DNA of 25,200 bases from the NCBI GenBank assembly GCA_038891615.1, contig JAWADY010000004.1:1-25200 (forward strand). Reading direction: 5' to 3'. Below the pieces are notes generated by a model. That model did not search any database and was not told where the DNA came from. It saw only the letters and a list, made by a program, of their open reading frames with translations. Source of the DNA: Candidatus Woesearchaeota archaeon. GTDB taxonomy: Archaea; Nanobdellota; Nanobdellia; Woesearchaeales; ARS49. Shown here in pieces: positions 16,635 to 25,200 of the stretch (position 1 is the stretch's first letter; each line of letters starts with the position of its first letter). Position numbers and translations under genes: made by a program.

Positions 16635-17672
16635 TTATTTGAGGTCTTCAAGCCACACAAAACCATCCTGAGCATGTGCATCAGTGAAAGATGTTGACCT
16701 AAGGCCTGTAAGAACAACAAAAACCCTTATTTTTCCTTTTAGTCCTTCTTCAAGCTTTGCTCCCCAAATGATTTTTGCTGACCTATCAAGCCTTGATGCA
16801 ATGCTATTAACAATGCAGTGAGCTTCTTCAAGCCTAAAGTCATTACCTCCAACGATATTTACAAGAGCTCCCTTTGCTTTTGAGAGGTCGATATCAAGAA
16901 GTGGATTTGTAATTGCACGCATAACAGCCTCTTCTGCTCTGCTCTTGGCATCCGATTCACCAATTCCAATCAAGCCAATACCAGAATCGCGCATTACAGT
17001 TCTAAGGTCGGCAAAATCAAGGTTCACAAGTCCTGGCTTTGTAACAAGTTCAATGATTCCTTTTAGTGCATTTGCAACAATCGAATCAACGAGCTTGAAA
17101 GCCTTTACTAAAGGAAGATTTGGTGCTGTTTCAAGAAGTCTGTCGTTTGGAACAAGGATTATGCTATCAGCATGCCTTGTGAGTTCTAGCAGACCTTTAT
17201 TTGCATTCATAATTCTTCGCTTACCTTCAACAGTGAATGGAAGGCTGACAACTGCAATGGTCAAGCATCCAGCTTTTTTACACGCCTCTGCAATAACCCC
17301 TATTGCTCCTCCACCTGTACCCCCGCCAAGACCGCATGTTAGAAACACCGCATCACAACCTTCAACCGCCTTTAATACATCAGAAATGTTCTCCAAGGCA
17401 GCCTTTTTACCCTGCTCCGGGTCATTGCCAGCACCCAAACCACGGCTCAGTTCCTTTCCAATAAGAATCTTTTTGTCTGCAACTGTATTAAGAAGGTCCT
17501 GCGCATCAGTGTTAACCGCAATTGTTTCAACTCCCTCGATGCCGAGCTCAGCTATAGTGTCAAGCGTGTTATTACCAGCGCCACCAATCCCAACTATCTT
17601 TAACCTTGTCTTATAGACTTGCTCTTTTAGCTGTTCATCGAGTTTGAGCTGAGCAGAGTTAATAATTGCCAT
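16635..17672 (-). CDS. ftsZ: Cell division protein FtsZ (FtsZ1-like, divergent)
   Basis: GIGGAGNN, NTDAQDL, GLGAGNDP, GLGGGTGGG, PFTVEG, NLDFAD, IIWGA. Confidence 0.93.
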   Translation of the reverse strand: MAIINSAQLKLDEQLKEQVYKTRLKIVGIGGAGNNTLDTIAELGIEGVETIAVNTDAQDLLNTVADKKILIGKELSRGLGAGNDPEQGKKAALENISDVLKAVEGCDAVFLTCGLGGGTGGGAIGVIAEACKKAGCLTIAVVSLPFTVEGKRRIMNANKGLLELTRHADSIILVPNDRLLETAPNLPLVKAFKLVDSIVANALKGIIELVTKPGLVNLDFADLRTVMRDSGIGLIGIGESDAKSRAEEAVMRAITNPLLDIDLSKAKGALVNIVGGNDFRLEEAHCIVNSIASRLDRSAKIIWGAKLEEGLKGKIRVFVVLTGLRSTSFTDAHAQDGFVWLEDLK

Positions 17673-17756
17673 TAATCCACCCCTTTTTGTTACTAAAAAG
17701 AAATCTTATTTAAACCTTTTGTAGCTCCAGTAAAAAGAAGTTTACTAAAAAACCTA

Positions 17757-17903
17757 TTAAGCCTTGCCGATTATCCTGAATACCTTTGTTCCGCAATTAG
17801 GACAAACGCCTTTAACAGCCTTCATGCCGTTCTTCATTACAACTTCTTTCGCGTCCTTTATCTCAACTTCTTTTTTTTCTTTCATGCATCTAGCAGTTAC
17901 CAT
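17757..17903 (-). CDS. Small DUF5679-like zinc-ribbon protein (48 aa)
   Basis: Hand translation MVTARCMKEKKEVEIKDAKEVVMKNGMKAVKGVCPNCGTKVFRIIGKA; SD GGGGTGA; TATA TTTATAAA at ~17938-17945. Confidence 0.8.
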   Translation of the reverse strand: MVTARCMKEKKEVEIKDAKEVVMKNGMKAVKGVCPNCGTKVFRIIGKA

Positions 17904-18001
17904 TCAGATCACCCCAGAGAAGGGCTTCTGTTCTTACTTTATAAATGTTTCTTTGCAGCAGGGCAAAAGGGGCTTAAATGCTTTTTCCAGCTCTTTAGCG
18001 C

Positions 18002-18595
18002 TCAAACATCAACAAAAAGATTGTGCTTCTCCTTGCCTGAGAGCTCGGTAAGTATTCGCTTAACTATAGCCTTTTTTGGGTCTGGCAATAGCTTTATACG
18101 CTCCTTGAGGTCGTCAAAACTTGTGAATGGTTTTTCTTGCCTCTTTTCAAGAATTTCCCACATGTGTTTCTTGCCAAAACCAGGAAGTAGCTCGAGCTGG
18201 TGCATTCTTGTTGTCAAGGGCTGTGACGTGTTAAAAAAGTTTACAAATCTCGCTTCATTCTTTTCAACAATATCATTAACGACGAATTCTAGCTCTGCCT
18301 TTGCTGTCGAGGTGAGCTTTTCAATTGGCAGCCTTCCGATTATGTGGTGTATTTTGTCACGTTTGCCTTCCCCGATATAAACCTCTTCGTATGGTTGGAC
18401 AAAAACATCCTTTTTTGGCGCAAGCTCTAGAAGTGTAAACTTTGACTTGCCAATTGCCTGAATGATGGGACTTTTTCTGTAGCTTGGTCTAGGGTCAAAA
18501 GGATAACCATGCGGCAGGAAATCAAGGATAATGGCGTACTCCTCTCGCGTTTCGCGACCACCTTCTTTTTTTTCAGCACTGGATTCTTCTCCCAT
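18002..18595 (-). CDS. DUF655 family nucleic-acid-binding protein
   Basis: EEYAIILDFLPHG, FTLLEL, RMHQLELLPGFGKK (HhH); conserved downstream of rpoF. Alternative GTG start at 18607. Confidence 0.92.
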   Translation of the reverse strand: MGEESSAEKKEGGRETREEYAIILDFLPHGYPFDPRPSYRKSPIIQAIGKSKFTLLELAPKKDVFVQPYEEVYIGEGKRDKIHHIIGRLPIEKLTSTAKAELEFVVNDIVEKNEARFVNFFNTSQPLTTRMHQLELLPGFGKKHMWEILEKRQEKPFTSFDDLKERIKLLPDPKKAIVKRILTELSGKEKHNLFVDV

Positions 18596-18641
18596 TTTAG
18601 CGCCCACCCTTTAGCCTCTGTTTTGCTTGACACTTAAATTT

Positions 18642-18983
18642 TCAAGAGAACTCCTTCACTATATCAATAATCTTTTTTAGGTTTTCAGCACTAAGCGTAA
18701 TAGCGTAACCTTGAAGGACAGCCTTTAGGTCGTTAACAGTCCTTGGTAATAGCTCTACTATTTTGTGTAGATGCGGTTCTTTTAGCCTTGGTATGTCGAG
18801 TCCTGAGAGCTTTTCAAAAAGTGCATGTGCTTTTTCAGGTGTAAGCTGGAGCGTTGCATTTAGATAATCCTCTGTGCGTAGGGTTCGTTGGTTCAACTTT
18901 TCATCTTCTTTCTTCATACGTTCTATTTCTTCTTTTAACTGATACAGTGATATCGATTTTTCACTGACTATTGTTGGTTTCAT
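18642..18983 (-). CDS. rpoF: DNA-directed RNA polymerase subunit F (Rpo4)
   Basis: KIVELLPRTVNDLKAVL HRDC-like motif; rpl21e-rpoF-DUF655 synteny. Confidence 0.88.
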   Translation of the reverse strand: MKPTIVSEKSISLYQLKEEIERMKKEDEKLNQRTLRTEDYLNATLQLTPEKAHALFEKLSGLDIPRLKEPHLHKIVELLPRTVNDLKAVLQGYAITLSAENLKKIIDIVKEFS

Positions 18984-19273
18984 TTCAGCCTCCTCATGTG
19001 CACAGGATGAACAATCACCATTTTTTCCTTGCCACCATCATTTATGACGACCTTATAACAACGCCCAATCCTTTCTTTCACATACCCTGACAATCCTTGA
19101 AATCTTGGTAAATGAGCTCCTGACTGTATGGCAGGCTCGGCAACAAGGCAAACCTTTTCGCCAGTCTTAAAAGCAGCAAAGTAGCGTGCAAGGGAAATCT
19201 TCCCTCTCTGCCATACCGATTTTCTTAGAGTTTTCCTTGATTTCCTCGCTTTCCCACCCAGACGCTTTACCAT
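18980..19273 (-). CDS. rpl21e: 50S ribosomal protein L21e
   Basis: FKTGEKV, PRFQGLSG, DGGKEKMVIVHPVHM. Confidence 0.93.
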   Translation of the reverse strand: MVKRLGGKARKSRKTLRKSVWQRGKISLARYFAAFKTGEKVCLVAEPAIQSGAHLPRFQGLSGYVKERIGRCYKVVINDGGKEKMVIVHPVHMRRLK

Positions 19274-19313
19274 GAGCTTTTTCAAATTCTTACTGTTTAA
19301 AAATTTTTTCAGA

Positions 19314-19733
19314 TCACTTCAGCCAAGCAGGTGCTATAGGCTCAAGAAATGGCCAGACATAAGGCGCAAGCACAACAAGGGCCGCTATTAAGAAAGAATG
19401 GAACCATGTTTCTCTGGTTCCAACAACCCCACCGCCATAACTGCCCTTTATCGCTGCAGAAACGCCATGTATTTTAACCATCGTTATTATCCCTATAAGA
19501 ATCCTGAACATAAGCACATTTTGCAAAAATTCAGGCAGGAAGGTTAAGTATCCCATCACAAACTCAACATTCATTGTAGCAAACACTGCAATTATTGCAT
19601 AAAATATCGCATGGATTGAATGCCCAAACCTATGCGTTGGGATTGTTACATCTCGATGAAGTAAAATTGCTTCATAAATCCCTATTATCAGTCCAAGCGC
19701 AATAGCTGGCTTTATCAATAGCTCGGCTGCCAT
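19314..19733 (-). CDS. Hypothetical membrane protein (about 4 TM)
   Basis: Four hydrophobic segments with several His residues (HRD, HRFGHSIH, KIHG, WFH); ATG 19733 with SD GAGG. Confidence 0.75.
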   Translation of the reverse strand: MAAELLIKPAIALGLIIGIYEAILLHRDVTIPTHRFGHSIHAIFYAIIAVFATMNVEFVMGYLTFLPEFLQNVLMFRILIGIITMVKIHGVSAAIKGSYGGGVVGTRETWFHSFLIAALVVLAPYVWPFLEPIAPAWLK

Positions 19734-19896
19734 TTGTATTCCTCTTCTGAGACTTTGCGCTGCCCGATATATAAACTTTTTTGCAAATATATTCATGGAA
19801 AAGACAGAACTTGTAAATGTTTTTATCATTCTATAGTGATAAAAGTATCGAAAGGTTTAAATAACTCTACAAATATTTGTTACTGAGGGGTAGAAA

Positions 19897-20931
19897 ATGG
19901 ACGGTTACAAAAATGGTTGTGTAGCTATAGTTCTTTATAATTTTGGAAACAATTTTTTTTGCAATCCAAAGGATCTGTATGGGTTGCTTGGAGTAAAAGC
20001 CGATGCAACCGAACAAGAAATAAAGGCCGCCTACAAAAGGCAGGCATTTCTCTGGCATCCAGATAGGGCGCCTGATGACAAAAAAAAGGATTACGAGCTC
20101 AGAATGCAAGCAATAAATTTTGCTTATAGAATTCTCACTGATGTGGAAAAACGCGCACTTTATAACGCTAAGGGTTATGATTTCATTTTAAAGAACGGCA
20201 TCAAAGTTCCAGAAGAAAAGAATATAGAAGAAAGTCAAGCTGATGACGACATTGGAGAATTCTTTAAAAACCAGTTTTTTGGAAAAAATTGTAAGGGCAT
20301 GTCCCTTGATGGACTTGTAAGCAAGAGTCTTTTTCGTGAAGTTAAAAGCAATGGCTTCAGCTGCAACAAAAAGCTTGCTTCTAAAGCGCTTGAGAGAAAA
20401 GATGACGATGATGAAAGGCTACTGCATGTACGAGAAGAAGGAGAACGCCTTTGCATTACATATGAGCTTAGGCTTGAAGATATTGTGAATGGAAAAAAAA
20501 TCTCATTGGAGAGTTTGGCAGCAAGATACAGGCTCCCTGAAGGGCTAAAGCTCGAAATACCAGCCGGCTTGTGGAGCGGTGATAAAATAGTCTCAAATGG
20601 GATATATCTTAACAATAAAAAAATCGAGATTTGTCTTGAGCTTATTGTTTTAGAGCATCCTTTGTATAAAGTAAATGAAAAGCGTGATGTCATTCTACGC
20701 CGCCCTCTAATTATCAGCAAAAGAGAAGCCATAAACGGCACAGCTCTTCACAAAAAGATGGGCTATCCAACGACAAAAATACCAAACCTGCACAACAAAG
20801 AGCTAGAATTGCCAAGCGTAGAAAATGGCCAAAGGGTAAGATTCAAAGGAGCTGGCCTTCCCATCAGGTTGCCTGATGGCAAGTACAGATGGACAGATTA
20901 CATCGTTACTGTAAATGTGAGGTCAGAATGA
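19897..20931 (+). CDS. J-domain protein (class B/CbpA-like architecture, divergent, no zinc finger)
   Basis: DLYGLLGV..ATEQEIKAAYKRQAFLWHPDR..INFAYRILTD..KRALY; C-terminal DnaJ_C-like LEIPAG, EHPLY, EAING, GQRVRFKGAGLP. Confidence 0.85.
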   Translation: MDGYKNGCVAIVLYNFGNNFFCNPKDLYGLLGVKADATEQEIKAAYKRQAFLWHPDRAPDDKKKDYELRMQAINFAYRILTDVEKRALYNAKGYDFILKNGIKVPEEKNIEESQADDDIGEFFKNQFFGKNCKGMSLDGLVSKSLFREVKSNGFSCNKKLASKALERKDDDDERLLHVREEGERLCITYELRLEDIVNGKKISLESLAARYRLPEGLKLEIPAGLWSGDKIVSNGIYLNNKKIEICLELIVLEHPLYKVNEKRDVILRRPLIISKREAINGTALHKKMGYPTTKIPNLHNKELELPSVENGQRVRFKGAGLPIRLPDGKYRWTDYIVTVNVRSE

Positions 20932-22310
20932 ACTTTGAGAAGTACGATAAAGAGGGAATCGAAGCTATTGTCGATGCAAAATGTGAGGGCAAGAGCATAG
21001 GTTATCTTCTAAGGATGAGACAAGAATGGATTGATACTATTGATAAGAAAAATCCCATCATCATACCACTAGCTTCGGGTAAAGGAGGGGTGGGAAAGAC
21101 AAATCTCGCGGTTGCGCTTTCTCTAGCGCTCAACGATTTTGGATGGAAGGTCGCGCTAGTTGACCTTGACCCGCTCTCTAACACGCATCTGCTTCTTGGT
21201 TTGGAAAAAGAAATGATAAAAAAAACAATCTATGATGATATCACTTGCAATGCAGGGCTTGAAGAAATCGCACACAGAATCTATCCGGATGACCCTGTGC
21301 TTTCGAAAGAGTATTCGCAGGTTTATTTCTTTCCAGGAATGTCTGCAAAAAGTGTGCAAAAGCCAGAATTTGTATTCAAACAATATGAAAAACTGCTAAG
21401 ACATCTGCTTGACTCAAAGCAGTACAATTGCATAGTGCTTGACCTTCCTGCTGGCGCGGACACGACAACATTAACAGCTTTTTCAACATTTCTTGCCGAA
21501 AGCAGCGACCTTGAAAGGCTTGTCTCAAAGGCAAGATTGCGCAGGGTTGTTGTTGTTGAACCAACTGCAGAATCTTATCAAGCATGCAAGACATTTCTTA
21601 ATGCAGTCATTGCAAGGGAACTTGCAAAGTTGTTTGATAAACACCTTTTGGTCTCCAAATTCCACAATTCATCTAGAAATCAACTAACATTGAGCGAAAA
21701 GATATGGAAGGTGCTAAAGGAAAGCAACAAGCCAGACTCGCTTTTCGCACCACTTTACATTGCACGACTTGAGCAGATTGTGCATGAAAATGCAGCCGAC
21801 TATCCAGTATTATGCAATTCCCTCCTTAAAAATATCGCAGAGTATCTAAAAAACTTTAATACTGGAATTATATGCAATCGCTTCGGAAGAAATAAACAAG
21901 AAGCAGAAGATAGATACTCTGGTAAAGTAAACGAGAGCCTCGGAGTTAATTCTCTTGTAAAATACTATGAACAAATTCGATTAAACGAAGCCTCAAGCAA
22001 AAAAATCCAGCAAAGCGCATGCATACAGCTGCAACCTCTTGGTTATTGCATAGAGGACCCGCTCCTCAAGGAGCTGGAGGACAAAGGAATAAGAAGGTCG
22101 TTTTATGTCGTCAAACCATTCCGAGAGCCTGGCGCGAACGAACCAGTTCTTGCTGAGATGATTAGAGATATTGCAAAAAAACTACAACAGCCATCTGAAG
22201 GAGAAGCAGCACTATTAGTTGCAATAAACAGAATAAATGAGCACATACAAAACCTAAAGCAGATGCCAGAGGTTGTTGTTGAGGCTTCGATTTCCTGTGA
22301 TTATACCTAA
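20928..22310 (+). CDS. MinD/FlhG/ParA-family P-loop ATPase with large insertion
   Basis: Deviant Walker A SGKGGVGKTN, VDLD, LDLPAG, VVEPTAES, ICNR; ATGA overlap with the J-protein stop codon. Confidence 0.85.
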   Translation: MNFEKYDKEGIEAIVDAKCEGKSIGYLLRMRQEWIDTIDKKNPIIIPLASGKGGVGKTNLAVALSLALNDFGWKVALVDLDPLSNTHLLLGLEKEMIKKTIYDDITCNAGLEEIAHRIYPDDPVLSKEYSQVYFFPGMSAKSVQKPEFVFKQYEKLLRHLLDSKQYNCIVLDLPAGADTTTLTAFSTFLAESSDLERLVSKARLRRVVVVEPTAESYQACKTFLNAVIARELAKLFDKHLLVSKFHNSSRNQLTLSEKIWKVLKESNKPDSLFAPLYIARLEQIVHENAADYPVLCNSLLKNIAEYLKNFNTGIICNRFGRNKQEAEDRYSGKVNESLGVNSLVKYYEQIRLNEASSKKIQQSACIQLQPLGYCIEDPLLKELEDKGIRRSFYVVKPFREPGANEPVLAEMIRDIAKKLQQPSEGEAALLVAINRINEHIQNLKQMPEVVVEASISCDYT

Positions 22311-22423
22311 AAGGAGTAACTACCATTTAATGATAAAAAATACAAAAAAGAGCGAAAGATTTATATATAGGGACAGCATTTTGTAACTACTTGTTGCTGA
22401 TAACAAATTTGGAGGTATAAAAA

Positions 22424-24241
22424 ATGGAAAAACAAGAACTAGACCTCAGCTCACTTTTAAACAATTCTTTCGACGAAGCCAAACTTAATGAAATTGCAGC
22501 TTCTGGAAAATATTCAAACATAAAAGTTGTTGGAGAGAGTAACAAAATATATGTAAAGGTTCCTGACGCAAAGGATTTCTCTACAGCAATTGAAGATAAT
22601 TGGGTTCAATTGAAAGAATATCTTTACAGGGGTAGGGCTGCACAAAAAAGCAATGCGGTCGAAACAAATACGGAAAAAAACTATCGCACACTTGAGTCGA
22701 TTACAAAAGGTGAAGATGAAAAGCTAAGAAGTGAACAAAAAAGGTACATCTATTTAGGAAAAGAAAAAGCGCAAGTTTTGGAGGTTGAAGAAAAAGACGA
22801 GAGTTACATTATAAAAACAGTTTGCGGTGGAGATGAGAAAAGATACGAAGAACTCTGCAACAAGTGTGCAGAGGTTTTGTCAATTTTAGGAAAGATATCA
22901 ATAATAGAATCTGCTCTCCAAAGTGCCAATCTTAACAGGGCACTGTATCAATCGCATTTAAAAAGCGAAGCATACCTAAAGGGCGATGAGGATGCAAAAA
23001 AACAAATAGCCCAGTTAGATGCTGTTTATAAAACCTATAAGCCAATGCTTGAACAGCTCACACACTTCAAAGAGTTAGCCTTTGATGTTGAAAAATTAGA
23101 AAAGGGGCAAGCAAGGCAAGGTTCTACAATTCTCAACGAAGAGCAGATTCTGAAACTTTTTAAAAATCAAGAGCTGCTTTATAAGACCTTTGGCGCGCTT
23201 CCTGCAGAATATGCTCAAGAGTCTCTTGACGGTTTTCTCACGCGTGCTGAGGCAGGTTTTGGCCAGGAGGTAAAGGCTCTTGTTTCTGAACTGAAAAGAA
23301 CTTACAATTTGGCTGGAGACCAAGTTGCTCTTCAAATGGAATCGGTGATGGATTCTGTTAAAGCAGATAAAAGCACTGATATGAAAAGCTTGATCAAAAA
23401 ATTTAATGAGCTCGAGGAAGAAGTAAGACGCTATCACACTAGAAGTTATGCGCTCAACTCTTTTGTCATAGCAAAAGATGCCGATACCAAACCAAAGCGC
23501 CTTGGCCGTGTCGCTCAACTGACTGGTAGAGACATTTCAGACCTTGAACATGAAATTGAGAAGCCAACAACGGCACTCGCACAGTTAGGCAAGACAGGCG
23601 GAGGGGCTGCGGCTGCAAAATGGATTGTTGAACAGGCAACTCGTTCAAAATTTGAGCTAGCTCCAAAATCTAGAGGCGAAGGGCTTGCTTATCAAATAAG
23701 TGAGTACACAGACCCAATCACTAATGAGAAAAAAACCATGGTAACACTGGCTTCATATGTCTCGCAGGGCAGGAATGCCTTGAATGAAGTGCTGACACAA
23801 CTACTGATTAACACAATCAAAGAAGAAATGAAAGAAGTGGCTCAAAAAAACGCTGTTGAATTTGATCCAGAAAGCCTACAAGGTAAAATCGAGGTATACG
23901 AAAATTCCCTTCTTATGCTGCCAAAAATTATGGTCAGTTATCGTAAACTAAACACCTCACAGCAAGCCGAAAAATGCGTTGAGATGTTTAGTAATGCAAA
24001 AGAGGAAGTAAAGACCTTGATAAAAGAGAGCCTTGTTGCGAATAAGCTCAGTGAAAAAGAATTCAGCAGTGATGACGAACTTAAACTTCAGGCGGAACAG
24101 CTTCAGAAGATAGCAGAGATGAAGAAAAAACTCTCCTATATTGCTGATCTGACTCTAGCAAAAGAGCTTGGACATGCTGGAAAACCAGTTGACATAACGC
24201 CAGAAGAAATAGAAGAACAAAAACGCAAAGAAGCAGAATAA
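22424..24241 (+). CDS. Large hypothetical helical/coiled-coil protein (605 aa)
   Basis: Long ORF with SD GGAGGT and TATA TTTATATA (22360-22367); no motif recognised. Confidence 0.8.
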   Translation: MEKQELDLSSLLNNSFDEAKLNEIAASGKYSNIKVVGESNKIYVKVPDAKDFSTAIEDNWVQLKEYLYRGRAAQKSNAVETNTEKNYRTLESITKGEDEKLRSEQKRYIYLGKEKAQVLEVEEKDESYIIKTVCGGDEKRYEELCNKCAEVLSILGKISIIESALQSANLNRALYQSHLKSEAYLKGDEDAKKQIAQLDAVYKTYKPMLEQLTHFKELAFDVEKLEKGQARQGSTILNEEQILKLFKNQELLYKTFGALPAEYAQESLDGFLTRAEAGFGQEVKALVSELKRTYNLAGDQVALQMESVMDSVKADKSTDMKSLIKKFNELEEEVRRYHTRSYALNSFVIAKDADTKPKRLGRVAQLTGRDISDLEHEIEKPTTALAQLGKTGGGAAAAKWIVEQATRSKFELAPKSRGEGLAYQISEYTDPITNEKKTMVTLASYVSQGRNALNEVLTQLLINTIKEEMKEVAQKNAVEFDPESLQGKIEVYENSLLMLPKIMVSYRKLNTSQQAEKCVEMFSNAKEEVKTLIKESLVANKLSEKEFSSDDELKLQAEQLQKIAEMKKKLSYIADLTLAKELGHAGKPVDITPEEIEEQKRKEAE

Positions 24242-24248
24242 ACACAAA

Positions 24249-25200
24249 ATGTCCCTAAAAAACTGGCTAGAAAAAATCTTCGGAAAACAAAACTTAACCG
24301 CAACCACACAATTCCTTCTAAACGCCAAGCACAACTCCAAACTCAAAAACGAAGGACTACTAAGCACCGAACAATTCATTGACAAAATTTCCCAAAACCA
24401 GTACAACCTCTTTTCCAACCTAACCAAAGAATTTGTTGAAAAAGAAATTTCAAAAAACAAAAAAAAGCAACTAAACTGGGAAAACATCGAAAAAGAACTA
24501 AAGACACACCTCATCGAACACGGAATAGAAATCCACCACAAAAAAGTTCTTCGAGAATTCCCCGGCACCCTACGCGACGTACTCGCAGCATACGTAAGCG
24601 ACGGAAAAAGCTTCGACTCAAAACAACTCACACCAGAACAAGCTCAAACCCTTGACAAACTAATGGAAAAAAAATTCAAACCCATAGAAGGCCACCCATG
24701 GCCACTTCACGACAAAGCAGTATACCGCAACTACAACCTCTACTACAAAGAAACAGACCTCTCACTTCTAGCCAACGAATGCCCAGAATACGACATAACA
24801 AACCTTGAAAACTTTTTAAAAATCTACACAGATTTAGGCAAAAGAATTTTTAACGAAAAATACCAAGAACCAGCACAAAAAGACACCGCATTCAAAAGAA
24901 AACTCAAACTAGCCCTAGCAACCGGACTCAGCATAGCCGCAGCCATCACAGGCAGTTTCTTTGTTTACGGACGCCTTAAAAACGAGCTAGAAAAGTTTAT
25001 GAAAGAAAAAGAAGTGATAATTCAAGAAAACAGGAAAGAAATATTAAAGCTCCAGATGGAAAAGGAATGGTACGCTATGGAGCTGGAGAAGCTCAAACGA
25101 TCAGAAACAAAGAAAATAAGAGAATATGATGTCAAGCTGGAGGAGCTTAAGCTGGCTGAAAAGAAACTTCGCAAAGAGCATGCCGAACGAATGAAAGCTC
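24249..25200 (+). CDS. Hypothetical single-pass membrane protein with coiled coil; partial, runs off the right edge
   Basis: Hand translation open from ATG 24249 to the window end: MSLKNWLEKIFG... about 220 aa soluble region, TM LALATGLSIAAAITGSFFVYG, then E/K-rich coiled coil. Not in the ORF track. Confidence 0.8.
   Translation, partial: MSLKNWLEKIFGKQNLTATTQFLLNAKHNSKLKNEGLLSTEQFIDKISQNQYNLFSNLTKEFVEKEISKNKKKQLNWENIEKELKTHLIEHGIEIHHKKVLREFPGTLRDVLAAYVSDGKSFDSKQLTPEQAQTLDKLMEKKFKPIEGHPWPLHDKAVYRNYNLYYKETDLSLLANECPEYDITNLENFLKIYTDLGKRIFNEKYQEPAQKDTAFKRKLKLALATGLSIAAAITGSFFVYGRLKNELEKFMKEKEVIIQENRKEILKLQMEKEWYAMELEKLKRSETKKIREYDVKLEELKLAEKKLRKEHAERMKA

Noticed and set aside
16945-17616. 223-aa ORF antisense to ftsZ
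   Set aside because: Lies wholly within ftsZ on the opposite strand with no recognisable domain; a typical antisense shadow frame.
19897-25200. Integrated plasmid or provirus suggested by the ParA-like ATPase
   Set aside because: No integrase, att repeat, replication or capsid gene seen, and the promoters look like host BRE/TATA elements.

Overview
Archaeal chromosomal window, most consistent with a DPANN (Woesearchaeota/Nanoarchaeota-like) organism. This is inferred from archaeal information genes, a bacterial-type ThrRS, K/E-rich tails on ribosomal proteins, compact spacing and BRE/TATA promoters. The core holds prefoldin alpha, ftsY, thrS, rps19e-rpl39e-rpl31e, cbf5, an intron-containing tRNA-Arg(UCG), alba, rps17e, a ureohydrolase, argS, a phosphohexomutase, aIF2-gamma, ftsZ and rpl21e-rpoF-DUF655. 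The accessory parts are: (i) a secreted LamG/Cys-rich-repeat protein divergent from a matrixin protease at the left end; (ii) a 7TM + winged-HTH pair with a palindromic operator, divergent from a structured SD-plus-hairpin transcript carrying two micro-ORFs (4.3-5.6 kb); (iii) a coupled J-domain protein + MinD/FlhG-like ATPase followed by two unknown large proteins at the right end. Two sharply bounded patches of extreme plus-strand A+C skew (about 1-960 and 24240-24950) occur in genes of opposite orientation. No CRISPR array, transposase, integrase or reverse transcriptase was seen. Several genes missing from the ORF track were translated by hand.
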